In this document: positions 1-11,078 of the stretch, in pieces
Numbering within the stretch: the stretch's first letter is position 1
Layout of the letters: the number at the start of each line of letters is the position of its first letter
Assembly: GCA_030295235.1 (NCBI GenBank)
Contig: AP026172.1
Location: 620,001-684,000 of the forward strand
Source: Fistulifera solaris
Lineage: Eukaryota
Length of the DNA: 64,000 nt
Direction of reading: 5' to 3'
The notes under the pieces: generated by a model
Databases searched by the model: none
What the model was told of the DNA's origin: nothing
Seen by the model: the letters and a program-made list of their open reading frames with translations, nothing else
Position numbers and translations under genes: made by a program

Positions 1-73
1 AAAAGACCTAGTAATCTTGATGAAGTGCGGACAAAGTGAAATAGCAGAGAGGCTACAATTCAACTTATTACTA

Positions 74-1990
74 TTACTCGGGTTTTAGTAGTGGGAATGC
101 AATAACGTCACGAATACTTGCCGAATTGGTCAAAAGCATAACCAGTCGATCGATTCCAATACCCAAGCCACCCGTCGGCGGCATGCCCTGCTCTAGCGCC
201 TGCAAGAAATCTTCGTCGACATCACACGCTTCTTCATCACCCGCGGCCTTTTTCGCGGCCTGTGCTTCGAATCGGATGCGTTGGTCAACAGGATCAGTTA
301 ATTCACTAAAAGAGTTGGCATGCTCCCTTCCAACAGCAAATAACTCGAAGCGTTCCGTCAACCCTGCTTTGGTCCTATGTGGCTTCGCCAAAGGACTGAC
401 TTCAACTGGATAATCGATCACAAATGTGGGTTGAATGCATTCAGGTTCGCAGAGCTCTTCGAAACACGCATTTAGAATCTGGCCCATAGTTGGCAAGGAA
501 GCAACGTCGGGGACTCCCGCTGCTGTGGCTGCGGCACGAGCTTTGCTGAGTGAGGCTTCGTCGCCATCTTGAAGCTCTGCGAAATCAAAGTTCATACGTT
601 CCTTAACGATATCATGCATTGTTACACGGCGCCATGGTCGTTCAAATGATATCTGGTGTTCACCATAGGGCACAGTTAATGTTCCACAGACCTTTAGAGC
701 CAACTCGCAGACTAATTCTTCCGTCAAGTCCATCATGTCATGATAATCCGCGTAGGCTTGATACAGTTCAATGGAGGTAAATTCTGGGTTATGCCGTGTG
801 CTTATGCCCTCATTGCGGAAAATGCGTCCCATTTCGTACACTTTCTCGAATCCTCCTATAATCAAGCGTTTCAGATGCAATTCCGTAGCGATTCGCATGG
901 TAAGCTCCAAATCTAGGGCATTGTGATACGTCTCGAAAGGTTTTGCCTCGGCACCACCGGGTACAGAATTCAAAACGGGGGTATCCATTTCCAAGAAGCC
1001 GCGGTCGTCTAAAAATCGACGGATCTGCGAAGATATTTGAGCTCTTTTACGGAATGTATCTTTTACATTTGAGTTTACGATAAGATCCACGTGACGCTGT
1101 CGATAGCGTTTCGTGACGTCTTGTAATCCATGGAACTTATCTGGCAAGGGCAACAAAGCCTTAGTCAACATTTTCCACGAGTTGCACCACAACGTGAGTT
1201 CTCCCTTGTCCGTACGACGCATAGTCCCAGTGACGCCGATGATATCGCCGCCGTCCGTCCAGTCTTTGAGAGTCTAGCGAAAAGAGACAGGAATTAGTTT
1301 TGAGGACCATCGAAGCCAAGAAAAGCTCTGACTTCATTACAGAATATACGTACTTGAAAATTGTCGGCCAATCTATTTTGATCGAGCTGCAGTTGGAGAA
1401 TGCCAGTTTCATCTTGTATGGTAAAGAACGCCAGTTTTCCAAATACACGACGTGTCAAAATACGTCCTGCTGTAGCAATAGTGACACCCGAGCCATCTTC
1501 CTCGCCAGGTTCTAACTTGTCCTGATACAAAGCAGACAATTGAGACGCTGTGTGCGAAACATCAAAAGTGTATTCAAACGGATTGATGCCTGTATCACGC
1601 ATGGCTTGCACCTTTGCAAGCGTATTTGTCGTAGTTCAGAATTAGAGAGCTCAGGCTGCGGCTCGTTTTTTCGTTGCTGATTTTGTTTCGGTGGGGGTTG
1701 TTTCTTAGGTTTAGTCGCTGTCGCAACAGTTGCTGGCGCTTCGTCTGAGGGCAGCTGTGTCTTTAAAGCAAGTAGCTCTGCAATGTATGGTGCCAGGGTT
1801 TCCTTATCAACGCCATCACTTTTGAGTTGGCGGATCTGATCCCCTTGATTTTGATTTGTTCTTCAATCTCGCTGCTCATAAAGCGACTTGTAACGAGAGT
1901 GCCTCGAGTTGACCGAGCTAAGAGAAAAGCCCGAGTGCGTGCCACTGATGCCCACATAGTCATCATGTGAAGTGCAACAATGAATCGCAT
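74..1990 (-). CDS. lysS: Organellar (plastid/mitochondrial) class II lysyl-tRNA ligase
   Basis: Motifs [15 protein letters not shown] and [15 protein letters not shown], with OB-fold RVFGKLAFF. Intron 1274-1353 (GTACGT..CTAG) joins NFQ to [13 protein letters not shown]. The N-terminus MRFIVAL...TRAF is presequence-like. Apparent frameshifts in the 5' part. Confidence 0.95.
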
Positions 1991-2247
1991 GTCTTGATGT
2001 GATTACGACTGCACTAATGTTTAATGAATCCGTAGTCTGATCACAATGTAAGTTCTGGAATTTGGCTTAGTTGCATATCTCCCAGCTTCGAATTGTAGGG
2101 ATGTGTTTCGCTAGTGATGTTATTGCTTCTTTGTTCTCGTTGTCCCTTCGTCGACAGGAAATGATTGGCGTTGATGATGATGAGGTTTTTGTGTCACGGA
2201 GACATAGAGAAACGAGGCACGCTGCGACGTAAGGGTTTATTTTTGTA

Positions 2248-2268
2248 TTACTCCGGAGTCCGGAGTAA
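2248..2268. promoter_or_regulatory. Perfect palindrome TTACTCCGGA-G-TCCGGAGTAA in the divergent lysS/DnaJ promoter
   Basis: 10-bp arms around a 1-nt spacer, located mid-way between divergent start codons. The half-site recurs in other intergenic regions. Confidence 0.5.
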
Positions 2269-2552
2269 GATATTAGTTGCCTATCAGTCCTGATGTAGTC
2301 GAGTCACGAATACGTCTCGACGCAAACGTTTTTTTTACCCCCCCCACTGCTTTCCACCTGGAGGCCAGAGCTCGTTCCTTTACATTTCAACACTTTCAAG
2401 GTGAACGACACAATCAACAAACTTTTAGCCTACCCTGGTGACTGTTGTTTTATAAAGCGCATTGTGCTGTTTCAAAGCTGCATTAGACTTACCAGACAAG
2501 ATAATAGTAGATCAACCTCACAGCAAAGTAATTCAAATCAACATCACTCATC

Positions 2553-3690
2553 ATGTCCGAACAACAAAATGATGCATCTGGGGGCGACGACATGTCCGGA
2601 TTGACAGGTTTCTTTTTCTACATGTTCATCGTTCACCCTATAACGGCCTGGATTCTACGTCCAGGAAGATTTGAACGCAAAAAGAGCATCATGTATGCGA
2701 TTTTATTTCTAGCAGGGCTCGCAGCCATAAAAACAGGTGAGTTGAATATTTTAGGGGAACGAACTAGAGAGTGCAACATTTATTTTGCCGCCTCGTTTCT
2801 CACATTAATCATCCTAAAGGTCTGGAAGTACAACAACGCGGACCCAATTATTACCAGAAACTTGGCATCACTCGCAGTTCCAGTCCTCTTGAAATCAAAC
2901 GCGCCTACAAGAAATTAAGTTTGCAACTTCATCCCGATAAGAATCCCAGCCCCGACGCTCCAGCTCAGTTCGATGCGGTTAAGCAAGCTTACGACGTCTT
3001 GATGGATATGGAACTAAGGGAGGTGTACAATAAATTCGGTCACGAAGGAATTCAACAAAACAAACGCTATTCTGAAACACAATTCTTGATGGAGATTGCT
3101 GTTTTCTACGTTAGCTACGGCGTCATGGCTTTCTTACTAACCATGGGCAAAAGAGCGGAGAAGCCAGAAATTGGACATTTACGGGCCTTCTTGCTATGCT
3201 TGTACTAGAAGTTGCGGTCATGTCATCACAAGGAAACCCTCTCCCGGAGTATTTATTTCCTACATTGACAGAATGTGAAATCGTATGGTTGCTCCATTCA
3301 CTCTTTCCAGCTTTCATGAACGGCTGTCGCTCGCTGGGCGCGTACCTCTTTGTGGACTTGGATGCACAAACAAGGCAGCTTTTGCTCGCTTTGCAAGAGC
3401 AGAACAAAGATATTCTTTTGGTTCTACGAGAGGTGCAAATTGGCGTGCAAACCATTCAAACTCATGGCGCTGGTCGCAATAGTACTAGCGGAGCTGTAGT
3501 TACGACGGATATGCCTAGAGCAACGCCTACAGGTAAAATTCGAGAATTGCAGGAGCGATTACAAGCTTCCAACAGCAGTGTCGCGCAAGCCGTGCAAAAC
3601 CTGAAAGCGGATAAGGGATCCTCCAGCAACCTGGGATTCTACGGTTTGATTCTGGGCTACATTGTCATTTCGTACGTGTTTAACAATTAA
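2553..3690 (+). CDS. Membrane-bound J-domain (DnaJ) protein
   Basis: J-domain NYYQKLGI...HPDKN...YDVL flanked by hydrophobic segments. Intron 2737-2819 gives KTG|LEV. One base is missing in an A-run near 3150 (restores GKKSGEARNWTF). Confidence 0.85.
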
Positions 3691-3722
3691 TTAAAGTCTC
3701 AGCAACTAATAATTACGCGAAT

Positions 3723-4217
3723 TTAAGCTCCCAACTTTTTCATTTCTTCCCCGATGTACGTCATCATCTTCTGCTGAGCACGGGCACGTGTGTCCTTTGA
3801 CTTTGCAGCGGACGATTTCATGGCGCTGACCAGTTGCTGCGAGAGCTTTTCCTTCCCCAAAGCCTTTCCAGCATCTGTGACTATAACTTTCAGAGTCTTC
3901 GGCGGGTTGTGTCCGTCCCGCTCGACAGCTACCGTGGAAGGATCTCCACCAACACAAATAGCGTCATCTAATTCCTTCTGCAAGACCATTCGAGCTTGAA
4001 TACCGAGCTTGTACTCCTCGATAGTCATACCCATCGCTTTCGCAGTTTGTTCCATTTGTGCTAATTCATCTGGATTGTCTTCCGTAGGCATTCCTGCGCC
4101 GGCTCCTGTGAACATTTCAAGAGATGTCACGGCACAGCGCTGACCCATGTTTGCAAGAGGTACAGTAAAAGCGAATGCCGCTGGTAAAGCGCACAAAACA
4201 GCTAAAGAGATTCGCAT
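3723..4217 (-). CDS. Plastid-targeted YbaB/EbfC (STIC2-like) protein
   Basis: Signal peptide ending AAFAF. C-terminal LQKELD...VAVERDGHNPP...DAGKALGKEKLSQQLVSAMK resembles the YbaB/EbfC pattern. Confidence 0.65.
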   Translation of the reverse strand: MRISLAVLCALPAAFAFTVPLANMGQRCAVTSLEMFTGAGAGMPTEDNPDELAQMEQTAKAMGMTIEEYKLGIQARMVLQKELDDAICVGGDPSTVAVERDGHNPPKTLKVIVTDAGKALGKEKLSQQLVSAMKSSAAKSKDTRARAQQKMMTYIGEEMKKLGA

Positions 4218-4675
4218 ACTGGTTTTATTGAGAATGGTTGAAAGAATAAGAGAAATTTTTGAACGTGATGGATTCTTAACTCATTGAACTCCTCTTCAAC
4301 TTGAGAAATAATACAAGTACAACAGCGAAAACATCGATCGCGATCGTCGCGTCGGCATCATCGGCAACCGCGGCATAAAACACTTGTAAGTTGTGTCTGT
4401 GAGTCTTCCGGTGAGACGTGATGCTCCACACGGAACTCCTCGGAAGCCGATGAGATCGAAGAACAAGGAACTAGTTTCGCATAAGGGCAACGGTGAAGTG
4501 AAGCCTACTTATTATTCCTTGATGTTAACTCTCTATTACGGAGTATCTTTTTCTTCTATTTTCCGAAACAAACCTGAAGAGAAACACACCCGTATCTTTG
4601 TTTGTTTCAAGCACAATAATCCAAAGTTGGCACTCGCAGCTCCTTTTCGACAGCATTATCAACTAGCAACTAAGT

Positions 4676-5287
4676 ATGAAAATTGCTGCTGCTCTCGCTT
4701 TTGTTGCATCGTCGGTGACTGCTTTCGCGCCGACGACAAGTACAGTTTCACGCAAGTCGTCACTCTCTGCTTTTGAAGATGAGCTTGGCGCCCAACCTCC
4801 TCTAGGGTTCTTTGATCCGCTCGGACTTGTTGCCGATGGAAACCAGGAGAAATTCGATCGACTTCGTTACGTCGAGCTCAAGCATGGAAGGATCTGCCAA
4901 CTCGCTTTTTTGGGACAAATTACTACGCGGGCCGGGTACCATCTGCCAGGGTCGATTGATTTCGAAGGTCACTCGTTTGACAGCTATCCAAACGGTCTTG
5001 CCGCTCTCTTTGGTCCAGATGCCATTCCAAACGCAGGACTTTTACAAATTGTAGGTTTCATTGGACTTCTTGAGCTTGCTGTCATGAAAGATATCACCGG
5101 AGGAGAGTTTCCTGGAGACTTTCGCAATGAATTCATCGATTTTGGATGGGACTCTTTAGATCCGGAAACAAAGTTGAGTAAGCGGGCCATCGAGCTTAAC
5201 AACGGTCGTGCTGCTATGATGGGTATTCTTGGACTGATGGTTCATGAGCAACTTGGTGGAGAGTTGCCGATAATTGGTACAATGTAA
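4676..5287 (+). CDS. Lhcf: Fucoxanthin-chlorophyll a/c-binding light-harvesting protein (Lhcf)
   Basis: VTAFAP presequence, GAQPPLGFFDPLGL, RYVELKHGRI, ELNNGRAAMMGILG. Confidence 0.98.
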   Translation: MKIAAALAFVASSVTAFAPTTSTVSRKSSLSAFEDELGAQPPLGFFDPLGLVADGNQEKFDRLRYVELKHGRICQLAFLGQITTRAGYHLPGSIDFEGHSFDSYPNGLAALFGPDAIPNAGLLQIVGFIGLLELAVMKDITGGEFPGDFRNEFIDFGWDSLDPETKLSKRAIELNNGRAAMMGILGLMVHEQLGGELPIIGTM

Positions 5288-5704
5288 ACTAGAGCCGCAA
5301 CAGTTAATCCAGTGAAAGCTTCATTTAGGCCAAGTTCTGGCGCCTAGCACACAATAAAATAATAAAAATGCAACAGAAAGAGTTCAAACATATATCTTTC
5401 AATCTTGCCGTGTAAAAAATGCGAAATATTCACCGAAACTAGGTAATGACTATGCCTTGCGTCCGATTAGATCAGTGCAAATCGAATAAAGGAGATGAAA
5501 ACGCGCAACCTCCCACGAGTAATTTGCTAGGAGAAGTGAGTGACGAAAGCGTCCGCCTTCAGCTTTTTTATAATTATGAGTCACTAAAAAATTTGTGGTT
5601 TCATCAGAACTTACATAAGTCTTTCCCTGGTCCGGTCAATTAGTATGCTTCTGCGAAATCCAAGTGAAGGAACGCCAAGACGGTCTCCCCCTTATTGGGA
5701 AACG

Positions 5705-5860
5705 GGCTCTGGACTGGCCCTCTACTAACACTAGAGCTGGAGCTAGAACCAATGCCTACTCAGCGAAGTGCAAATATATGTGGAAAAGTAAAACAAAAAT
5801 GGAAATTCAGTCGAATGCCAATTTATAACATACCGACGTTAGGAAATTAGGAATGAATAT
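5705..5860 (+). repeat. Left arm of inverted repeat
   Basis: GGACTGGCCCTCTACTA 5711-5727, AAATATATGTG 5772-5782 and AAATTCAGTCGAATG 5803-5817 match the reverse complement of the right arm in the same order. Confidence 0.9.
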
Positions 5861-7350
5861 TAATAAAAAAGCTAAGATTTAAGCTTAAGCTCTAGTGCTT
5901 TCACGACAAAATTGTATTTTAATCGTAATCCGAAATTAACTCAAAGCGAACCAAAGCATCCGAGAAAATAAACTTAATAAGATTCAAGGGAAACGAAGCG
6001 CATGACATTAAAGATCATAACAAGATCACGAGTCTTCCACCGATTTTTAACTCAGCCCCGATGTATTCTGACAGGTGTCATCACCCACCCGTTATACAAT
6101 TTCGGGTTAGCGTTGAACCATTAGAAATGCTTTGTTTAAATGATTACAGCCTGAATATCTCCACCGAAACAAAATATGCCTACAAGCAAACGCAACCATT
6201 TCAAACGACACAAGAAACAAAAGCAAATTGCATGAAAATATTGTTCCAGGAATTTGGAAAAGTTAGCTAATGACATTTTTAGATGTCTTGTTGTAAAATT
6301 GAATAAGTTCCTTAATTTGTAGACGTTATGATAAGAGAGCTCTAAGAAGAGAAGCCACAAGTAATCTTTTAAAAGAGTGATATTTCTTCATAGAATATAA
6401 CTAATATTAAGCTTGTTATCACGGATTCTCATATCATCATTTTAGGGGGGGGGGGATTTCCAAACGTTGAAGGTTGATGTTTTACATTTTTTTAAAAGAG
6501 ATTTGATAAGGATCGATATGTGATCATATTCATGATTTGAACGCGGCGGGATGGAAAAGAGATGGAATCATTTTGAACCATGCTGGTTGTCTTGACGATT
6601 AAAAAAAAATTAAACAAGCACAACGTTAAGTTTGATGAACAGAGTTATAAATAATTTTTTCGTTGAGTCTGGAGAGTTCTTTAAACTTTGAGTAGCCTCA
6701 GGAGAGATTACAACATGATATTTTTATGACTATTCAACCAAGCCTTTAAATGTTATGTCTAACGAAGAAAAAATTTCTGGTCAGCGGAAAGGTCTTCTTC
6801 GCATTCCGTACATACAAGTGTATTATATTAACATTGGAGAAAAAACGCAACAATACATGATAACGTGTGAGAATAAAACATAGATGTGTTTTGTTTTTAA
6901 AATTCTAGTGAAGCAAAATTCTGATTTTATGTATTCGTTAATTTTCGGAAAGCTATTGAAAATAACGGAAAAACCTGGCATCTAAAGTTTTTTGTTTTTT
7001 ATACAATTCGTTAATAGACAAATAAGAGCCCTCATCAACTGCTTGGATACGTTGCATTTGAGTCAACGCTTTTGCAAGTTCAGATATAGTTTTCTGAATA
7101 ATAAGAGCCAGCTTTTCTTTTCAATTTTCAAATCGAGGGACTCAGTCTAACGCATGATGGATTGATCTGGTAGGTGCTCCGAGCCGAAGGAAAGATATAT
7201 GTATTGAGCTGTTATCGCAATGGTCAATACCGCCATTGCGAATACAGCACTTTGGATTTCGAATATCCTTTTACGTATGCGTATGTGCTTGGTCGATTGA
7301 TCATTCTTCATTTTTTAAAATACCTTACTATTTATATCTTTAACACATAT

Positions 7351-7511
7351 ATATTTTATTCCTAATTTTTTTTATCGTCAGAATCTAATCTTGACATTCG
7401 ACTGAATTTTCCACTTTTCATTCACATATATTTCAGTCTGACACTTCAATGAGTAAGCTTTGGTTCTAACTCCCTAGCCTTAGTGCGCTAGTAGAGGGCC
7501 AGTCCCGAGCC
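7351..7511 (-). repeat. Right arm of inverted repeat
   Basis: TAGTAGAGGGCCAGTCC 7489-7505, CACATATATTT 7423-7433, CATTCGACTGAATTT 7395-7409. Confidence 0.9.
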
Positions 7512-7803
7512 TTGGTTCCTTAAGTCAGAGTGCAAATTTGACAGTCGTCTGAATTTTTTGTGTTTTGATCAAGTCAACTTGCGCTTGTACGACGATATTC
7601 ATTGTTTTTTGATGTTATAGCTGCTGATTTGGTTGCTTATGATGTAGACTGTGTAGTTTCCGTGAACGAGAGCAGAGGTTGTTGAACTTGACCCGGTCTC
7701 ATTTGCAAGCGCTACTGCCCTGATCGTAGAGTTTTATTGTTGGCGTTCACTATTTCTGGGCAAGTGCATAAAAATAATTTTGATCATCAGAAGTTAACGC
7801 ATG

Positions 7804-8718
7804 TTATAAGAGCTCGTTGGTTACAAGAGTGTCTACAGAGAACGGGGTAGTCTCCAAACCTTTTTCCAAAAGCCACTTCAAATAAGCCTCAACTTTTTCT
7901 TCATCCATATGGCCCCAAGAGCCTGTTTTGGGCGAGAGATAATGGTCTCCTGTTGCTCTTTGAGCTGCCTCGAGCATCGTTTTTCTCCTTGTCGGCTTCG
8001 GGCACCCATTCCAATAGAATGTCCGCCATATCGCCGGCATTGCTCGCAGCCCAGGCAAAGCCCTTGGCCGTGGCCGCGAGAAAGTTGCGCAACGCACTAG
8101 CTTGTTCCGTGATGAATGCCTCGCTACAAGCGAGCACCGGGGAATAGCCGTAGGGAATGCCGTAATCGGCCATTTTAAAATGACGCAAAGCAACTCCGCC
8201 CAACTTCGCTTGGACGCCCTCCCAGTTAGCAAAAATCCAGGTCGAATCAGCTTGCTTTTCGAGAAGGATGTTCCAAATACCAACCGTTCGGGGTATTGAA
8301 GAACCAAATCTCCCTTTCCGCCATCGTTACGAACCAAGGATGCGACAATGGCATCTTCGTACTTCGCTTTATAGGATGCGTACGTTTTACCATCCAACTG
8401 AGCGGGGCGCTCGATGCCGCTGCTTTCGAGCACCGCGATGCTACTCAAGTCGCTTTGCAAGACGGCTGCAATCGCTTTTAGAGGAAAGGGTTTTTCCTTC
8501 GTGCGATAACTCAACAAGCTTTCCATCGGACAAAGGGCCAAGTCGACGAGACCCAGCTCAACTTTTTTGGCGGGGCTTTGCGTATAGTTGTCATTACCCG
8601 GGTGTTGAATATCAACATCAACGCCTGCTTCTTTGTACCATCCGTGGTGCAAGGCAGCGATGAATCCACTATGATTCACGTTGGGTGTCCAGTCGAGGGA
8701 GATACGAATGCGCTGCAT
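7804..8718 (-). CDS. NMT1/THI5-like (SsuA/ThiY-type) substrate-binding-fold protein
   Basis: LDWTPNVNHSG, SGIERPAQLDGKTYAS and, in the shifted frame, ADSTWIFANWEG and YGYSPVL. Two compensating frameshifts near 8283 and 7982. Intronless. Confidence 0.88.
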   Translation of the reverse strand: MQRIRISLDWTPNVNHSGFIAALHHGWYKEAGVDVDIQHPGNDNYTQSPAKKVELGLVDLALCPMESLLSYRTKEKPFPLKAIAAVLQSDLSSIAVLESSGIERPAQLDGKTYASYKAKYEDAIVASLVRNDGGKGDLVLQYPERLVFGTSFSKSKLIRPGFLLTGRASKRSWAELLCVILKWPITAFPTAIPRCSLVARHSSRNKLVRCATFSRPRPRALPGLRAMPAIWRTFYWNGCPKPTRRKTMLEAAQRATGDHYLSPKTGSWGHMDEEKVEAYLKWLLEKGLETTPFSVDTLVTNELL

Positions 8719-9394
8719 GATGATAAAAGATGCTGCTAATGAGTGATCTAAGCCGGTGATTGCTCGGCAGAGGTTGAGTCTTTCGCTTGACAAGCACGAA
8801 ACAGATCTTTCTCACGGATCTGACATCTGTATCTTTTTGTTGCTGGAAGTCCAAGAGCGTGCCAGACATAGTGGATTTATTGAGACACGCTTTCAACTGG
8901 GTCTGAGTCTGAGAGAAACCAAACGTATTTCGGATTTTGATGTGAAAAAATGAGAGGACGATGGAAAGATAAAAGATCCAACGTCCGGGGCGCCCTTGGC
9001 TATTGCGGCAGATGGCAGACGTTTGATCCTCTTCCCTATTGCAGATTAGAGCTTTGATTTTTTGCCTGACATCTCACATCGCTGCTTATTCTTTATTACT
9101 CCGTATTGGCAAGCCGAAGCGATCCTACAATGACCATCTAAATAATATCACTAGCAAGAACTAAAGACTAGTTCTTGTATTTTCTTATGCGTAAAGGTTA
9201 CTCAGTTTCAAAGTAATGGATGGCATTTCTACACTGTCTTCGATTGTAAAATCGGTAAGAACTTCGACCTGGAGGAGCCTTTCAACTGACTTTAAGCGCA
9301 AATACAAATAGCCAACAACACGTAGAAGAATTTGACGAAAAGTGCGATTTTGAAGACTGGGTTTGGAAACGAGTTTTATAGATATTGTAAAATT

Positions 9395-10892
9395 ATGAAA
9401 GCTACAACGCGCAGGCGCATGAGATGGAAAATATTACTACAGGTGACGGGTGTGCTCATGTACATCATCTTGACTGCGGCAATCAGCTTTCTTTATGCGA
9501 AGCAAAGAGATGAATTTATTTCTTCGTCACTGTCTTCTCGTTACGGATCCGATGCAGTCACTGAAACGCGTCGGGACACACCGAAAAGCAATAAACTCGA
9601 CTCGTTAAATGATACCCAAAAAATGAAGCTTCTTCTCCAAACAAACGATCCCATTATTAAGCAGATCACACGGACTGGGGAACCTCCAGTGACGAAGGTT
9701 CGGATAATTTTATTCAATCATAAGAGTCGATCTATTCGCTTTCGTGAAGGACCAACATGGGCTATTGGTGACGAGGTATTAAATATTTGCATGGATGGTT
9801 TCGAGCGCTCTCCGTATTTTGAAATCGTCGGGACATCTCTCATCCCAGACTTTAATGTCGACCCAAGTTTTGTGCTTGAAGAAGACGAAGACGTGGTATG
9901 GGTTGTCGACATGAGACGAATTGTTCTCAGGCAGTCCTACAGTATTCATCGCCAGCTCGTGATACTTGCTAATACTACCATCCGCGATCAGGGAGGAGAA
10001 AGTCGTGTCAAAAAAAATAACTCGACGGCCTCAGCTCACGTTAGTATTGATGGATTTTCGAGATCGGTTCAGCGCAAATACACTCTGCACTAAGGCTGTC
10101 CGTGAATTAATCAGTCTGGTGGGTGACAATGGCAGTGTGCGAAACGTCGTACAACCTGTGGTAAGAGGAAGAAAGTGGAGTGACCAGCGGAATTTCATTG
10201 TTCCTGGCCAGGTTTGGGATTGTCGTCGAGACAACGAATGTTTTGGGTCAAACACACTGCATGTTCCGTACACCGTACGATCTGACTACGCAGAGGCCGT
10301 GATGGGAAATTTCCCTCAATATCAATCAATATCCATTCCAGCCATAACAGCTGAACCAAACGCAGCAGATACAGTGAGAGAAATCGATGTAGCCCATTTC
10401 TGGCCGCACGAGCGCAATGAGCCTTCCGAAGCACACGCAAAGCTTCGTGATGCTGTGACTGATCTCATTAAGGAAATGGGCGAAAGAAAAAGATTCACCG
10501 TGATCGTTGATTTTGTTTCCGCGGCGGCCAAGCAGGGGAGATCACAGGTGTCGCCTAAGTACGTGGAAGCACTTTTGACTACGAAGGTTGTCGTTGTAGC
10601 TCAACGAGACGATTGGGAAGATCATTATCGTCTATTTGAAGCTCTTATTGGCGGCGCGTTGGTCATGACCGATACTATGTTGAGCCTTCCTGAAGGTCTA
10701 GCTCACAAAGAAAGTATTGTGGTTTATAATAGTTTGGCTGAATTGCGTGAGCTTCTTTCGTACTATCTGGATCCTAAAAACGAGGCGGAACGATTGTCTA
10801 TTGCGCGAGCAGGGTGGAAGGTCGCAATAAGTCGCCATCGCACTTACCATTGGATGGAGCGAATATTTTTTGGTAGGATTATTACCATGTAA
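9395..10892 (+). CDS. Type II membrane glycosyltransferase with C-terminal GT-B (Glyco_trans_1_2/CgeB-like) domain
   Basis: N-terminal signal anchor ILLQVTGVLMYIILTAAISFLY. C-terminal YRLFEALIGGALVMTD...LSYYL...RLSIARAGW...HRTYHW. Frameshift near the A-run at ~10010. Confidence 0.7.
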
Positions 10893-11078
10893 TTGAGACA
10901 GAAGTAAGCCTAGGTGGCCTCGCAGGAGTTTTTAATCGTCGCTCCACCTAGCTTTGTACAATACAAGCGTATAGTAAAGTATTATACGGAGTATAATAGG
11001 GCGGACGCAGTTTTTATAGATTTTCATCACACCAAGATAATACCTGGTATGCATCAATAGCAATAACATGATGTAATA

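Larger units (their letters stand above)
5705..7511. mobile_element. AT-rich element bounded by long imperfect terminal inverted repeats (probable decayed/non-autonomous DNA transposon)
   Basis: Ends are GGCTC...GAGCC. The two ~155 bp arms are reverse complements with exact blocks of 17, 15 and 11 nt. The interior is AT-rich with no long ORF. No target-site duplication recognised. Confidence 0.7.

Noticed and set aside
5691..7524. Target-site duplication (TTAA piggyBac, TWA Harbinger or 9-bp MULE) for the TIR element
   Set aside because: Left flank TGGGAAACG and right flank TTGGTTCCT do not match. TTAA occurs only on the right (7520-7523).
7520..8900. TPP riboswitch flanking the THI5-like gene
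   Set aside because: Fragments such as UGAGA and AACCUCUG occur on the sense strand both 5' and 3', and TTGAACTTGACCCGG occurs on the antisense strand. There is no complete CUGAGA...ACCUGAU...AAU...CGNAGG arrangement. An Infernal RF00059 scan would settle it.
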